This document shows positions 1 to 10,594 of a stretch of DNA of 64,000 bases, piece after piece (position 1 is the first letter of the stretch; every line of letters starts with the position of its first letter). The notes under the pieces are model-generated. The model was not told where the DNA came from and did no database searches. It saw nothing but the letters and a program-made list of their open reading frames with translations. Made by a program: the position numbers and the translations under genes. This DNA is from Rhizobiaceae bacterium (lineage in GTDB: Bacteria > Pseudomonadota > Alphaproteobacteria > Rhizobiales > Rhizobiaceae): assembly GCA_035555795.1 (NCBI GenBank), contig DATMGE010000077.1, positions 19,568-83,567 of the forward strand, in the 5' to 3' direction.

Positions 1-840
1 GACTGGCGCATTGCCGTCATGGCCGGTGAACTGGTGCGGCAGCAGGCCGGGGAAAAGCATCGCCACGACGCTGTAGAGATAGGCCGCGCCGACGCCGATG
101 GCGATCAGCGTCCACATATTGGGACTGCGGTTGACGATCGATTCCCAACCGCGATGGAAGAAGGGGATTGCTGCCCACAGCACCACCGGCGTGGCGAGGA
201 TGAGTTCGAGCCATTGGGCGGTGCGCTCGCCCAGCCAGTCGCGGATGGGCAGGCCGACCATCGGCCCCATTGCGATGATGAAAAGCGGCAGCGCCAGCGC
301 GGCCGAGACCCAGAAGCGGCGGGTGAAGTCGACCAGTTCGGGATTCGGGCCGTCGTCGGCGCCCGGCACCATAGGCTCCAGTGCCATGCCGCATTTCGGG
401 CAGGCACCGGGCTTGTCGCTCACCACTTCGGGATGCATGGGGCAGGTATATTGCGTGCCGGCCGGCATAGCCGGCTCGGGCTTGCGCTCGCCGAGATATT
501 TTTCCGGATCGGCCTCGAACTTCGTCTTGCAGCCGGCGGAGCAGAAATACTGCTTCATTCCCTCATGGTTCAGGAAATGACGCGCCGTTGCGCGGTCCAC
601 CGACATGCCGCAGACCGGATCCGTCGCGGTAATGTAGTCCTGCGGCGCGGCAAGAAACCTGGTGCGGCAGCCGCTGCTGCAGAAATGGTAGCTGTGCCCG
701 CCATGCTCGGCGGTCGGCTTGCCGGCCGCCGGATCCACCAGCATGCCGCAGACGGGATCGCGCGTGACCGTCGGCGCGGCGCTGTCGCCATGGTGGTGCG
801 TATGATCGTGGTGGTCGTGCGTCGTCATGGGTATCGCCAT
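1..840 (-). CDS. copA: Cu+/Ag+-translocating P1B-type ATPase, 5' part (runs off window start)
   Basis: Not in ORF track; manual translation gives MAIPMTTHDHHDHTHHHG, two YHS-type DPVCGM..F C domains, YTCPMHP..CPKCGM and first TM helices (NMWTLI). Start could be 843, 840 or 828. Confidence 0.88.
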   Translation of the reverse strand, partial: MAIPMTTHDHHDHTHHHGDSAAPTVTRDPVCGMLVDPAAGKPTAEHGGHSYHFCSSGCRTRFLAAPQDYITATDPVCGMSVDRATARHFLNHEGMKQYFCSAGCKTKFEADPEKYLGERKPEPAMPAGTQYTCPMHPEVVSDKPGACPKCGMALEPMVPGADDGPNPELVDFTRRFWVSAALALPLFIIAMGPMVGLPIRDWLGERTAQWLELILATPVVLWAAIPFFHRGWESIVNRSPNMWTLIAIGVGAAYLYSVVAMLFPGLLPHQFTGHDGNAPV

Positions 841-863
841 CATTCGGTTGTCTCTGGCTAACT

Positions 864-894
864 CATATGAGGCTTCCAGTCACTGGAAGGTCAA
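864..894 (-). promoter_or_regulatory. CueR/MerR-type promoter and operator of copA
   Basis: TTGACC (-35), 19-bp spacer, CATATG; dyad CTTCCAGTCACTGGAAG at 873-889 matches CueR CCTTCC-N7-GGAAGG. Confidence 0.8.
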
Positions 895-982
895 GGGGCG
901 CAGATATGGCGGATGCAGCTATTTATCAACGGATCGATCGTTCCCTTGGCGAAGCCGTCATTTTGGGCTCGACTGGCGCATA

Positions 983-1008
983 TTGATATGTTTGAACGAA
1001 TATATCGA
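983..1008 (+). promoter_or_regulatory. Putative ModE box
   Basis: TTGATATGTT-N6-AATATATCGA imperfect dyad (8/10) resembling CGnTATAT-Nx-ATATAnCG, upstream of modA. Confidence 0.55.
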
Positions 1009-1056
1009 ACCTGCGACCGCGTGCGCAGTTCTGTCGTCATCCACTGGAGGAATCCG

Positions 1057-1845
1057 ATGCAGTCCATTTCACCCCGTCTCGGCTCGCTCGCCATCGCGCT
1101 TTCGTTCGCGGCCACGCCTTTCGCCGCAATGGCGCAGGAAGGGCCGGTCGTGTTCGCCGCCGCGAGCCTGAAGAATGCGCTCGACGCCGTCAACGAGGCC
1201 TGTGCTGCCGATGTGGGCAGCAAGGCGACGATCTCCTATGCCGCCAGCTCCGCGCTCGCCAAGCAGATCGAGCAGGGCGCGCCGGCCGACCTGTTCTTCT
1301 CCGCCGACCTCGACTGGATGGCCTATCTGTCGGAGAAGAACCTGACGAAAAAGGACAGCGAGACGAAGCTTCTCGGCAACCGCATCGTCCTGATCGCGCC
1401 TGCCGCGTCCGACGCGACCGCCGACATCAAGGCAGGTTTCGACCTCGCGGCCCTGCTCGACGGCGGCAAGCTCGCCATGGCCAATGTTGATGCGGTGCCT
1501 GCGGGCAAATATGGCAAGGCCTCGCTGGAGGCGCTCGGCGTCTGGAACTCGGTGGAAGGCAATGTCGCGCAGGCGGAGAACGTCCGCGCCGCACTCGCGC
1601 TCGTCTCCACCGGCGAAGCGCCGCTGGGCATCGTCTACGAGACAGATGCTGCGGCCGACAAGAACATCAAGATCGTCGGTGCATTCCCCGAGGATACGCA
1701 TCCGGCCATCATCTATCCGGTGGCGCAGCTTGCCGAGGCAAAGAGCGACAAGGCGCCGGCATTCGAGGCCTGCCTCAAGACCGATGCCGCCCGCAAGCTC
1801 TTCGAGGAGCAGGGCTTCAGCGTGTTGGCGCCGGCATCCAACTAG
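1057..1845 (+). CDS. modA: Molybdate ABC transporter substrate-binding protein
   Basis: Signal peptide, VFAAASL, ASSALAKQI, VPAGKY, AENVRAAL; GGAGG RBS before ATG 1057. Confidence 0.95.
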   Translation: MQSISPRLGSLAIALSFAATPFAAMAQEGPVVFAAASLKNALDAVNEACAADVGSKATISYAASSALAKQIEQGAPADLFFSADLDWMAYLSEKNLTKKDSETKLLGNRIVLIAPAASDATADIKAGFDLAALLDGGKLAMANVDAVPAGKYGKASLEALGVWNSVEGNVAQAENVRAALALVSTGEAPLGIVYETDAAADKNIKIVGAFPEDTHPAIIYPVAQLAEAKSDKAPAFEACLKTDAARKLFEEQGFSVLAPASN

Positions 1846-1925
1846 CCGCCTGTTCGGCGAATATGTAACAACACGATGTGCGGCTGCCGATTGGCGGCCG
1901 CATGTTCGAGGGGATGGAATCAGGC

Positions 1926-2624
1926 ATGGAGTGGATGGCGCTCAGCCCCGAGGAATGGACGGCCGTTCGATTGTCCATTCGCGTTTCCTTCTGGGCGACG
2001 GTGGTCAGCCTGCCGGTCGGCATCCTCGTCGCCCATGTGCTGGCGCGGCGCGAGTTCATCGGCAAGACGCTGCTCAACGGCATCGTCCACCTGCCGCTCA
2101 TCCTGCCGCCGGTGGTGACCGGCTATCTGCTGCTGCTCACATTCGGCCGGCGCGGCCCGGTGGGCAGCTTCCTCGATCAGGCGTTCGGCATCGTCTTCTC
2201 CTTCCGCTGGACGGGGGCAGCGCTTGCCGCGGCGGTGATGGCCTTTCCGCTGATGGTGCGCGCCATCCGCCTGTCGATCGAGACGGTCGACCGCAGGCTG
2301 GAGGCGGCGGCCTCGACGCTCGGCGCCAATCCGCTCATGGTGTTCCTCACCATCACGCTGCCGCTGATGCTGCCGGGCATCATTGCCGGCGCGGTTCTGG
2401 CCTTCGCCAAGGCAATGGGCGAATTCGGCGCGACGATCACCTTCGTCTCCAACATTCCCGGCGAGACGCAGACGCTGCCCTCCGCGATCTACACATTCAC
2501 GCAGGTGCCGGGCGGCGAGGCGGGCGCGCTGCGCCTGACGCTCGTTTCCATCGTCATCGCCATGGCGGCGCTCATCGCTTCGGAAATCTTCGCCCGCCGG
2601 GTCGGACGCAGGCTGGCGGCATGA
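1926..2624 (+). CDS. modB: Molybdate ABC transporter permease
   Basis: HLPLILPPVVTGY, EAA loop, GEFGATI; start may be 1902, 1914 or 1926. Confidence 0.93.
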   Translation: MEWMALSPEEWTAVRLSIRVSFWATVVSLPVGILVAHVLARREFIGKTLLNGIVHLPLILPPVVTGYLLLLTFGRRGPVGSFLDQAFGIVFSFRWTGAALAAAVMAFPLMVRAIRLSIETVDRRLEAAASTLGANPLMVFLTITLPLMLPGIIAGAVLAFAKAMGEFGATITFVSNIPGETQTLPSAIYTFTQVPGGEAGALRLTLVSIVIAMAALIASEIFARRVGRRLAA

Positions 2625-3709
2625 CGATCGCAATGGAAGTGAAGCACCGGCAGGGCGATTTCCTGCTTGCAGCGTCCTTCGCCAGCGGCGACGGCGTCAC
2701 CGCCTTCTTCGGCGCATCCGGTTCGGGCAAGACGACGCTGGTGAACATCCTCGCCGGACTGGTCCGGCCCGACCATGCGCGCATCGTCGTCGATGGCCGC
2801 GTGCTGACGGACACGGCGGCCGGAGTGAACATACCGGTCCACAGAAGGCGCATCGGCTACGTCTTCCAGGAAGCGCGGCTGTTTCCGCATCTGAGCGTGG
2901 AGCGCAACCTTCGCTATGGGCGCAGCTTCGCACCGCGCGGCGAGGCCGATGCTGTTCCGATGGAAGATGTCATCGAGATGCTCGGCATCGGCCATCTGCT
3001 GGCGCGCCGGCCGGCTTCACTCTCGGGCGGCGAGAAGCAGCGCGTCGCCATCGGACGGGCGCTGCTGGCCAATCCGCGCCTGATCCTGATGGATGAGCCG
3101 CTCGCCTCGCTCGACGGGCCGCGCAAGGCGGAAATCCTGCCCTATCTCGAACGGCTGCGCGACGAGAGCCGCATGCCGATCGTCTATGTCAGCCATTCGG
3201 TGGCCGAGGTGGCGCGGCTTGCCAATGAGGTCGTGGTTCTCGGCGAGGGGCAGGTGCGTGCGGCCGGCCCGGCCGACGAGGTGCTGCAGCGCCTCGACCT
3301 GCTGCCGGAGGGCGAGCGGGCGGAGGTCGGCGCGCTCGTCGCGCTCACGGTCGTGGCCCACGATCCCGCCTTCGGCCTGACGCAGCTGTCGTCTTCGGCG
3401 GGCAGCTGGGTTCTGCCGCGCGTCGATGCGGCCGAAGGTTCGGTCGTGCGCGTGCGGGTGCGGGCGCGTGACGTGATGCTGGCGGTCGGAAAGCCGGAAG
3501 GCATCAGCGCCCTCAATGTGCTGGAATGTACCGTCGCCGCGCTCTCGACGGGCGAGGGGCCGGAAACGGTGGTGAGGCTCGACAGCGGATCGGATCGGCT
3601 GGTCGCGCGCATTACCCGGCGCTCCGCCAGTGAGCTTCAACTGGTGCCGGGCCAGCGCATCTACGCTATCGTGAAGGCGGTGACGTTCGACGAGTCGCAT
3701 GCACGCTGA
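2621..3709 (+). CDS. modC: Molybdate ABC transporter ATPase
   Basis: GASGSGKT, LSGGEKQR, DEP, C-terminal Mop/TOBE; ATGA overlap with modB. Confidence 0.95.
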   Translation: MTIAMEVKHRQGDFLLAASFASGDGVTAFFGASGSGKTTLVNILAGLVRPDHARIVVDGRVLTDTAAGVNIPVHRRRIGYVFQEARLFPHLSVERNLRYGRSFAPRGEADAVPMEDVIEMLGIGHLLARRPASLSGGEKQRVAIGRALLANPRLILMDEPLASLDGPRKAEILPYLERLRDESRMPIVYVSHSVAEVARLANEVVVLGEGQVRAAGPADEVLQRLDLLPEGERAEVGALVALTVVAHDPAFGLTQLSSSAGSWVLPRVDAAEGSVVRVRVRARDVMLAVGKPEGISALNVLECTVAALSTGEGPETVVRLDSGSDRLVARITRRSASELQLVPGQRIYAIVKAVTFDESHAR

Positions 3710-3788
3710 TTGCGTGCATGATCTTTCCCGCAATGTCTGCCATTTTCCGGGGCCTATGCGCTTCAGGTACCGATAAAGGGAGAAGAGG

Positions 3789-4130
3789 ATGGCTGCGCTC
3801 AGTCTGCGGATCGATCTCGAACCGGAAGGGCGTATCGGCCCCGGCAAGATCGCCCTTCTGGAAAGCATCGCCACCTATGGGTCCATCTCGGCCGGCGCGC
3901 GCGAAATGAACATGTCCTACAAGCGCGCGTGGGATCTGGTCGAGGAGCTCAATACGATCCTCGGCAAGGAGGTGCTTTCGGCGCAGAAGGGCGGTCGCCA
4001 TGGCGGCGGTGCGCAGCTTACGCCGGTGGGGCTGGCGCTGGTGTCGCGCTTCCGCGCCATCGAGCGCGCCGCACATGCGGCAGCCGAAACCCACCTTGCC
4101 GCGCTTCAGGCCGAGATCGCCGCGCGGTAG
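3789..4130 (+). CDS. modE: Short ModE-family regulator (HTH domain only)
   Basis: IGPGKIALLE..GSISAGAREMNMSYKRAW..GG..GGGAQLT; no molybdate-binding domains. Confidence 0.88.
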   Translation: MAALSLRIDLEPEGRIGPGKIALLESIATYGSISAGAREMNMSYKRAWDLVEELNTILGKEVLSAQKGGRHGGGAQLTPVGLALVSRFRAIERAAHAAAETHLAALQAEIAAR

Positions 4131-4166
4131 GCTCATCCGACCTCCGCAACGATCCAGAAGCGCGCC

Positions 4167-4862
4167 CTACCGAGGCAGTTCGGAAATGCCGCCATGGGCG
4201 GCCGACCAGCCGAGCGGATCGGTGAGGAAGCTCTCGACCTCGGCCAGCGTTTCGGCCGGGAACAGCTTCTGCTCGCGCGCGACCTTCAGCACGTCCCACC
4301 AGGTGCAGAGATAATGGAGGCGCATGCCGGCGGCGGCGAGCCGGTCGGGCGTGTCGGGGAAGATGTCGTAATAGAACACAGCGAAGGTGTCGGTGACTTT
4401 CGCGCCAGCCTTCTCTATCGCTTCGGCGAACTTGATCTTGCTGCCGCCGTCGGTGGTCAGGTCCTCGACCAGGAGCAGCCGCGCGCCCTCGGGCAGGTTG
4501 CCCTCGATCTGTGCGTCGCGGCCGAAACCCTTCGGCTTCTTGCGCACATAGAGCATGGGCAGGCCCATCACGTCCGACAGCCAGGCGGCGAAGGGGATGC
4601 CGGCCGTCTCGCCGCCCGCCACCGCGTCGAACTGCTCGAAGCCGACGCTGCGGAAGATGGTCGAGGCGGCGAAGTCCATGATCGCGGAACGGATGCGCGG
4701 ATAGGAGATCAGCTTGCGGCAGTCGATGTAGACCGGGCTCGAAAGGCCGGAGGTGAAGGTGTAGGGCTCGTCGGCCCTGAAATGCACCGCCTTGATCTCC
4801 CACAGCATGCGCGCCACGGTCTCGGCGATCACCGCGCGGTCGGGAAATGTGTTCGAGAACAT
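4167..4862 (-). CDS. pyrE: Orotate phosphoribosyltransferase
   Basis: [40 protein letters not shown] loop. Confidence 0.95.
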   Translation of the reverse strand: MFSNTFPDRAVIAETVARMLWEIKAVHFRADEPYTFTSGLSSPVYIDCRKLISYPRIRSAIMDFAASTIFRSVGFEQFDAVAGGETAGIPFAAWLSDVMGLPMLYVRKKPKGFGRDAQIEGNLPEGARLLLVEDLTTDGGSKIKFAEAIEKAGAKVTDTFAVFYYDIFPDTPDRLAAAGMRLHYLCTWWDVLKVAREQKLFPAETLAEVESFLTDPLGWSAAHGGISELPR

Positions 4863-4983
4863 CGGCAGGCTCCTTGGGCTGGGCGGCGCTTGGCAGTTCA
4901 GAAAACGGGCCGCTCCGGCTCTAGCAATATGCGCCGCCGCTCGCCAGCGGGTGGTGCAATATTCCGGTGGATCGGCGTATGGT

Positions 4984-5937
4984 TCAGGCGCGGCGTCGCA
5001 ACGGCCTTGCAAGGGCGGAGCGGCGGATTGCCTGTGGCGGCTGGCCGAAGCCGCGCAGGAAGGCGCGGCGCATGCGGCCGGCATCGCCGAAGCCGGCCTG
5101 CTCGGCGACGCGCTCCAGCGGTGCGTGGCCGCTCTCCAGCGCCGCGCGCGCCATTTCCAGCCGCAGCCGCTCCACCGCCTTGGCCGGCGTCGTGCCGGTT
5201 TCGGCCGCGAAGGCGCGGGCGAAATTGCGCGGGCTCATGGCCGCTTGTTCGGCGAGACGCTCCACGGTCAATGGTTCCGAAAGCCGGTCGCGCATCCATG
5301 CGACGAGATCAGCGAAGCGGCCGCTGCCGCCGCCAAGCTCGACCAGCGCGGAGAATTGCGACTGGCCGCCCGGCCGGCGCTGGTGCACGACGAGCTGCTG
5401 CGCCGTGCGCCGCGAAATGTCGGCGCCCAGATCCTCCTCGATCAGCGCCAGCGCGAGGTCGATGCCGGCGGTGATGCCGGCGGAGGTCCAGACATGGCCG
5501 TCGCGGATGAAGATGCGCTCGCCGTCGAGCTTCACCCGCGGGTAGCGGCGGGCGAAATGGTCGCAGCTGGCCCAATGGGTGGTGGCGCGGCGGCCGTCGA
5601 GCAGCCCCGCCTCAGCCAGCAGGAAGGCGCCCGAGCAGACGCTGGCGATGCGCCGCGCGGTGGCCTGCCGGAGCCACGGCACGATGCGGTGGAGGTCGGC
5701 CATGGAACGGGCGACGTCGCCGCCGGAGACGAGGATGGTATCGTAGTCGCGGTCGTCCAGCGGGGCGGCCGCCAAGGGCAGGCCGGACGAGCTTTCCACC
5801 GCGCCGCCATCGGCGGAGAGGATGTCGAGCGCGTAGCTGTCCGGCCGGAGGCGGCCGGCGATCTCGAAGGCCGCGACGGGGCCGGTCACGTCGAGGATCT
5901 GGAAACCGGGGAAGATGACGATTGCGATGCGGCGCAT
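4984..5937 (-). CDS. GlxA-family regulator (DJ-1-like + AraC HTH)
   Basis: [41 protein letters not shown]. Confidence 0.92.
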   Translation of the reverse strand: MRRIAIVIFPGFQILDVTGPVAAFEIAGRLRPDSYALDILSADGGAVESSSGLPLAAAPLDDRDYDTILVSGGDVARSMADLHRIVPWLRQATARRIASVCSGAFLLAEAGLLDGRRATTHWASCDHFARRYPRVKLDGERIFIRDGHVWTSAGITAGIDLALALIEEDLGADISRRTAQQLVVHQRRPGGQSQFSALVELGGGSGRFADLVAWMRDRLSEPLTVERLAEQAAMSPRNFARAFAAETGTTPAKAVERLRLEMARAALESGHAPLERVAEQAGFGDAGRMRRAFLRGFGQPPQAIRRSALARPLRRRA

Positions 5938-6016
5938 GGCAGTTTTTGCCTGTTCTATGTCATTTCCGCCATAAGCTATCGCGCCTAGCCTTGCCGTCAA
6001 TCGCAAGGAGGAAGAC

Positions 6017-7159
6017 ATGCGCAAGCGGATCGTTCTGTGGGCATGCGTCGCCATCGTCCTGCTTCCGGTGCTCGGTCTGGCGGGGTGGATCGCCACGCTG
6101 CCGTCGCCGGCGGCCCGGGCAGCGCCGCCGCCCGTCGCGGAGGCCGAGCATCAGGCGATGCTCGCGGCGCTCAAGCCGCCGAAGCGGGAGCGGCCCGTGG
6201 TGGCTATCATCGGCATCAACAATGCCACCGAGACCACCGACTATCTCATGCCCTACGGCATATTGCGCCGCGCCGACATTGGCGATGTGATGACCCTTGC
6301 CACCGGGCCGGGGCCGGTCATGCTCTTTCCGGCACTGACCGTCGAGCCGCAGGCGATGGTCGCGGAGTTCGACCGGCAATATCCCGACGGCGCGGACTAT
6401 GTGATCGTGCCGGCCATGAGCCGCGACGACGATCCAATCGCCCTCGACTGGATCAGGAAGCAGGCCGAAAGCGGCGCCATCATCGTCAGCGTCTGCGCCG
6501 GGGCGAAGGTCGTGGCGGCGGCTGGGCTGCTCGATGGCCGCCGCGCCACCACGCACTGGTACTATCTGGACAAGATGCGCGAGACGTGGCCGGGCTTCGA
6601 CTATGTCGCCGACCGGCGGATGGTGGTGGACCGCGGCGTGGTGACGACGACCGGCGTCACAGCCTCCATGCCGATGATGCTCACGCTCATCGAGGCCATT
6701 TCGGGACGCGCCAAGGCCGAGAGCGTCGCGCGTGACCTTGGCGTCGCCGTCTGGGATGCCAGCCATGACAGCAGCGCGTTCACGATGACGCGGCCCTTCG
6801 CCATGACCGCTCTCGGCAACCTGCTGCCGTTCTGGCGTCATGAAGAGATCGGCCTGCCCATCGCGCCGGGCGTGGATGAGGTATCGCTGGCGCTCACCGC
6901 CGATGTTTGGTCGCGGACATATCGCTCGCGCGCGCTGACGCTCGCATCGGGCGTGGTCGAATCGCGCAGTGGCATCCGTATCGTTCCGGATCGCGTTCCG
7001 GCCGAGGGCGAAGGGTTTTTCCAGCCGCTGTCCGGTAATCTCCTGCCGCCCGCGCCTGCGCTTGACGATGCGCTGGGAAAGATCGCCGGGCGCTATGGCA
7101 ACCAAACGCGCGATTTCGTGGCGATGCAGCTCGAATATCCCCAGCTCGCACTTCCCTGA
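6017..7159 (+). CDS. DJ-1/PfpI-family protein with N-terminal anchor
   Basis: ETTDYL, SVCAGA, ATTHW; divergent from the GlxA regulator. Confidence 0.85.
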   Translation: MRKRIVLWACVAIVLLPVLGLAGWIATLPSPAARAAPPPVAEAEHQAMLAALKPPKRERPVVAIIGINNATETTDYLMPYGILRRADIGDVMTLATGPGPVMLFPALTVEPQAMVAEFDRQYPDGADYVIVPAMSRDDDPIALDWIRKQAESGAIIVSVCAGAKVVAAAGLLDGRRATTHWYYLDKMRETWPGFDYVADRRMVVDRGVVTTTGVTASMPMMLTLIEAISGRAKAESVARDLGVAVWDASHDSSAFTMTRPFAMTALGNLLPFWRHEEIGLPIAPGVDEVSLALTADVWSRTYRSRALTLASGVVESRSGIRIVPDRVPAEGEGFFQPLSGNLLPPAPALDDALGKIAGRYGNQTRDFVAMQLEYPQLALP

Positions 7160-7191
7160 GTTGGCGATGACATAAATTGGGGGCTATGCCG

Positions 7192-7238
7192 CCACAAGAA
7201 ATTGACATCCTTCAACCCGCTATGGCTAGATGTAGTCG
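7192..7238 (+). promoter_or_regulatory. Tandem NrdR boxes overlapping a sigma70-type promoter
   Basis: CCACAAGAAATTGACA (7192-7207) and TGGCTAGATGTAGTCG (7223-7238) fit acaCwAtATaTwGtgt, 31 bp apart; TTGACA at 7202. Confidence 0.75.
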
Positions 7239-7429
7239 TCACGGTCTCCCGAGTCGTTCTTCGGCCAGGGAGCTAAGAGGGAAGCCGGTGCCCCGCCAAG
7301 GGAATGCCGGCGCTGCCCCCGCAACTGTAAGCAGCGAGTTGCTGTCGCTTGAGTGTCACTGGCGCCATCGGGTGCCGGGAAGGCCAGACAGCGGCGACGA
7401 CCTGCGAGCCAGGAGACCTGCCGTGATGA
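7236..7429 (+). ncRNA. Cobalamin (B12) riboswitch
   Basis: AAGAGGGAAGCCGGTG, GCTGCCCCCGCAACTGTAA, CACTG..GGGAAGG, GAGCCAGGAGACCTGCC; P1 7236-7244 pairs with 7421-7429. Confidence 0.95.
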
Positions 7430-7544
7430 CAGAAACGAACCTCGGGCGGGGTGTCCGGCGGTGCGCAAGGCTTGCTCGCGCTTTCCTCGCGGCATGGTCA
7501 TCGCGTTTCCGGCAAACCCCGTCCTCAGCGCCACGGGGACAAGG

Positions 7545-10424
7545 ATGCCGGCTACAGCAACACAGATCACCAGCGGGACCGTCGGGGTTCCGATTTCACT
7601 CGATGACAGGAATAATCCGGCGACGGAGCCCGGCTATCGCGTCATCCGGCGCAATGGCGGTGTGACGCCGTTCGATCCGACCAAGATCACCATCGCCTTG
7701 ACCAAGGCTTTCCTGGCGGTCGAGGGGTCCACCGCCGCCGGCTCGCGGCGCGTCCATGGAATTGTCGAGGAACTGACGGAGCAGGTGGTCGGCGCGCTCA
7801 CGCGGCGCGCGGGCGAGGGCCGAATTTTCCACATCGAGGAAGTGCAGGACCAGGTGGAACTGGCGCTCATGCGCGGCGAGCATCACAAGGTGGCGCGCGC
7901 CTATGTGCTCTATCGCGAGGAGCGCGCACGGGAACGGGCTGCGGAGAAAGCGGCTGTCGCGACGTCGGCAGCGCCTTCGCTGAAGGTGAAGGCCGATGAC
8001 GGCAGCCTCGTGCCGCTGGACGATGCGCGTCTCGCCCGGGTTGTCGAGGAAGCCTGCGAGGGTCTTGCCGACGTATCGGCCGAGCCGATCCTCAAGGAGG
8101 CGCAGCGCAACCTCTATGACGGCATCTCGCTGGACGAGCTTTCGCTGGCGCCGATCCTGGCCGCACGCACGCTGGTGGAACAGGAGCCGAACTACGCCCT
8201 CGTCTCCGCGCGCCTGCTGATGGACCGGCTGCGGCGCGAGGCGCTGTCCTTCGTCTCGGGGCAGGCCGAGCAGGCGACGCAGGCCGAGATGACGGAGCGC
8301 TATGCAAGCTATTTCCCGCAATTCATCCAGACCGGCATCGAGGCGGAGCTGATCGATCCCGAGCTCGGTCGCTTCGATCTTGCTCGTCTTAGCGCTGCGC
8401 TCAAGCCGCAGCGCGACATGCAGTTCCAGTATCTCGGCCTGCAGACCCTCTACGACCGCTACTTCCTGCATACCAAGGGCAAGCGTTTCGAGCTGCCACA
8501 GGCCTTCTTCATGCGGGTCGCGATGGGCCTGGCGTTGCGCGAGATCGACCGCGAAGCACGCGCCATCGAGTTCTACGACCTGCTGTCGTCCTTCGACGTG
8601 ATGGCGTCCACGCCGACGCTGTTCAACTCCGGTACGACGCGGCCGCAGCTCTCCTCCTGCTTCCTGACCACGATCGGCGACGACCTCGACGCGATCTTCA
8701 AGGGCATCAAGGACAATGCGCTGCTGGCCAAATATTCCGGCGGGCTGGGCAATGACTGGACGCCGGTGCGGGGGCTGGGCGCGCACATCAAGGGCACCAA
8801 TGGCGAAAGCCAGGGCGTGGTGCCGTTCCTCAAGGTCGCCAACGATACGGCCATCGCGGTCAACCAGGGCGGCAAGCGCAAGGGCGCGGTCTGCGCCTAT
8901 CTGGAGACATGGCACGTCGACATCGAGGAGTTTCTCGATCTCAGGAAGAACACCGGCGACGACCGCCGCCGCACCCATGACATGAACACCGCCAACTGGG
9001 TGCCGGACCTGTTCATGCAGCGCGTCGAGACCGATGGCGAATGGACGCTGTTCTCGCCCGACGAGGCTTCCGATCTGCACGACAAATACGGCCTCGCGTT
9101 CAAATCCGCTTACGAAGCCTATGAGGCGAAGGCGGCGGCTGGCAGCTTGAAGGTGTTTCGCAAGGTGAGGGCGCTCGACCTGTGGCGCAAGATGCTCACC
9201 ATGCTGTTCGAGACCGGGCACCCATGGGTTACCTTCAAGGACCCGTGCAATATCCGCTCGCCGCAGGGCCATGTCGGCGTGGTGCACTCGTCGAACCTGT
9301 GCACCGAGATCACGCTCAACTCGTCGAAGGATGAGGTGGCGGTGTGCAACCTCGCCTCGGTCAACCTCGTCAACCACCTGACGGAGACGGGCATCGACCA
9401 CGACAAGCTGGCGCGTACGCTGTCGACCGTGATGCGCATGCTGGACAATGTCATCGACATCAACTTCTACACGATCCCCGAGACGCGGAAGTCGAACCTG
9501 CGGCACCGTCCGGTGGGTCTCGGCCTGATGGGCTTCCAGGACGCGATCCAGAAGCTGCGCATCGCCTATGCTTCGCAGGCGGCAATCGAGTTCGCCGACC
9601 GCAGCATGGAGGCAATCAGCTTCCACGCGATCTCGGCATCGGTGGACCTTGCCGCCGAGCGCGGGCGCTATCCGAGCTTTGACGGTTCGCTGTGGTCGAA
9701 GGGGATCCTGCCGATCGACTCGATAGGCCTGTTGGAAGAGGCGCGCGCCGGCGTGGACATGGACAGCGGTTCCACGCTCGACTGGGACAGCCTGCGCAAG
9801 CGCGTCATGGAGACAGGCATGCGTAACTCCAACACGATGGCGATCGCGCCAACGGCGACGATCTCGAACATCTGCGGCGTGTCGCAGTCGATCGAGCCCG
9901 CCTACCAGAACCTGTTCGTGAAATCGAACATGTCGGGCGACTTCACGGTGGTGAATGCGCAGCTCGTGCACGACCTCAAGGCGCGCGGCCTTTGGGATGA
10001 GGTCATGGTGTCGGACCTCAAATATTTCGACGGGTCGGTGGGCCAGATCGACCGCGTGCCGGACGACCTCAAGGCGCTCTACGCAACCGCCTTCGAGCTC
10101 GATTCGTCCTGGCTGATCGAGGCCGCCTCGCGCCGCCAGAAGTGGATCGACCAGGCGCAGTCGCTCAATCTCTACATCGCCAATCCGAGCGGCAAGAAGC
10201 TGGACGAGCTTTACCGCTTCGCATGGAAGAAGGGGCTGAAGACGACCTACTATCTGCGCTCGCGTTCGGCGACCCATGTCGAGAAGTCGACGCTCAAGGG
10301 CACCGACGGCAAGCTCAACGCGGTGTCGGCGACGGTGGCTGCCGCGCCCATCGCGATCAATCCGGATGCGGCGTGGGGCAAGGCCTGCGCGGTGGACGAC
10401 CCGGAATGCGAGGCCTGCCAGTAG
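7545..10424 (+). CDS. nrdA: Class I ribonucleotide reductase alpha subunit with two ATP-cone-like domains
   Basis: VIRRNG ATP cone, [30 protein letters not shown]-terminal CEAC. Confidence 0.96.
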   Translation: MPATATQITSGTVGVPISLDDRNNPATEPGYRVIRRNGGVTPFDPTKITIALTKAFLAVEGSTAAGSRRVHGIVEELTEQVVGALTRRAGEGRIFHIEEVQDQVELALMRGEHHKVARAYVLYREERARERAAEKAAVATSAAPSLKVKADDGSLVPLDDARLARVVEEACEGLADVSAEPILKEAQRNLYDGISLDELSLAPILAARTLVEQEPNYALVSARLLMDRLRREALSFVSGQAEQATQAEMTERYASYFPQFIQTGIEAELIDPELGRFDLARLSAALKPQRDMQFQYLGLQTLYDRYFLHTKGKRFELPQAFFMRVAMGLALREIDREARAIEFYDLLSSFDVMASTPTLFNSGTTRPQLSSCFLTTIGDDLDAIFKGIKDNALLAKYSGGLGNDWTPVRGLGAHIKGTNGESQGVVPFLKVANDTAIAVNQGGKRKGAVCAYLETWHVDIEEFLDLRKNTGDDRRRTHDMNTANWVPDLFMQRVETDGEWTLFSPDEASDLHDKYGLAFKSAYEAYEAKAAAGSLKVFRKVRALDLWRKMLTMLFETGHPWVTFKDPCNIRSPQGHVGVVHSSNLCTEITLNSSKDEVAVCNLASVNLVNHLTETGIDHDKLARTLSTVMRMLDNVIDINFYTIPETRKSNLRHRPVGLGLMGFQDAIQKLRIAYASQAAIEFADRSMEAISFHAISASVDLAAERGRYPSFDGSLWSKGILPIDSIGLLEEARAGVDMDSGSTLDWDSLRKRVMETGMRNSNTMAIAPTATISNICGVSQSIEPAYQNLFVKSNMSGDFTVVNAQLVHDLKARGLWDEVMVSDLKYFDGSVGQIDRVPDDLKALYATAFELDSSWLIEAASRRQKWIDQAQSLNLYIANPSGKKLDELYRFAWKKGLKTTYYLRSRSATHVEKSTLKGTDGKLNAVSATVAAAPIAINPDAAWGKACAVDDPECEACQ

Positions 10425-10434
10425 GAACGCGCAG

Positions 10435-10570
10435 CCCCTCTCCGTCACGCTTTCGCGTGCCACCTCTCCCCAGCTTTGCGGGGGCGAGGAAGGGAGCCCA
10501 GATTGCCACCAGCCTTTCCTCGCCCCCTGCGAAGGGGGAGAGGTGTCCGCGAAGCGGACGGAGAGGGGGT
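10435..10570. repeat. REP/RIME-like palindromic intergenic element
   Basis: CCCCTCTCCGTC..CACCTCTCCCC..GGGGGCGAGGA inverted against TCCTCGCCCCC..GGGGGAGAGGTG..GACGGAGAGGGG. Confidence 0.75.
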
Positions 10571-10594
10571 AGCTCAAGATCAAAGGAATTAGAC

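Noticed and set aside
19-861. 280-aa plus-strand ORF
   Set aside because: Antisense shadow of the copA 5' region
1484-3709. 741-aa ORF suggesting an extended ModC
   Set aside because: The upstream part is an off-frame shadow of modA/modB; ModC starts at the ATGA overlap at 2621
7353-7544. N-terminal extension of NrdA
   Set aside because: Lies in the riboswitch and its expression platform
10142-10594. Long N-terminal extension of NrdB through the repeat
   Set aside because: Overlaps nrdA in another frame; a clear RBS precedes ATG 10595
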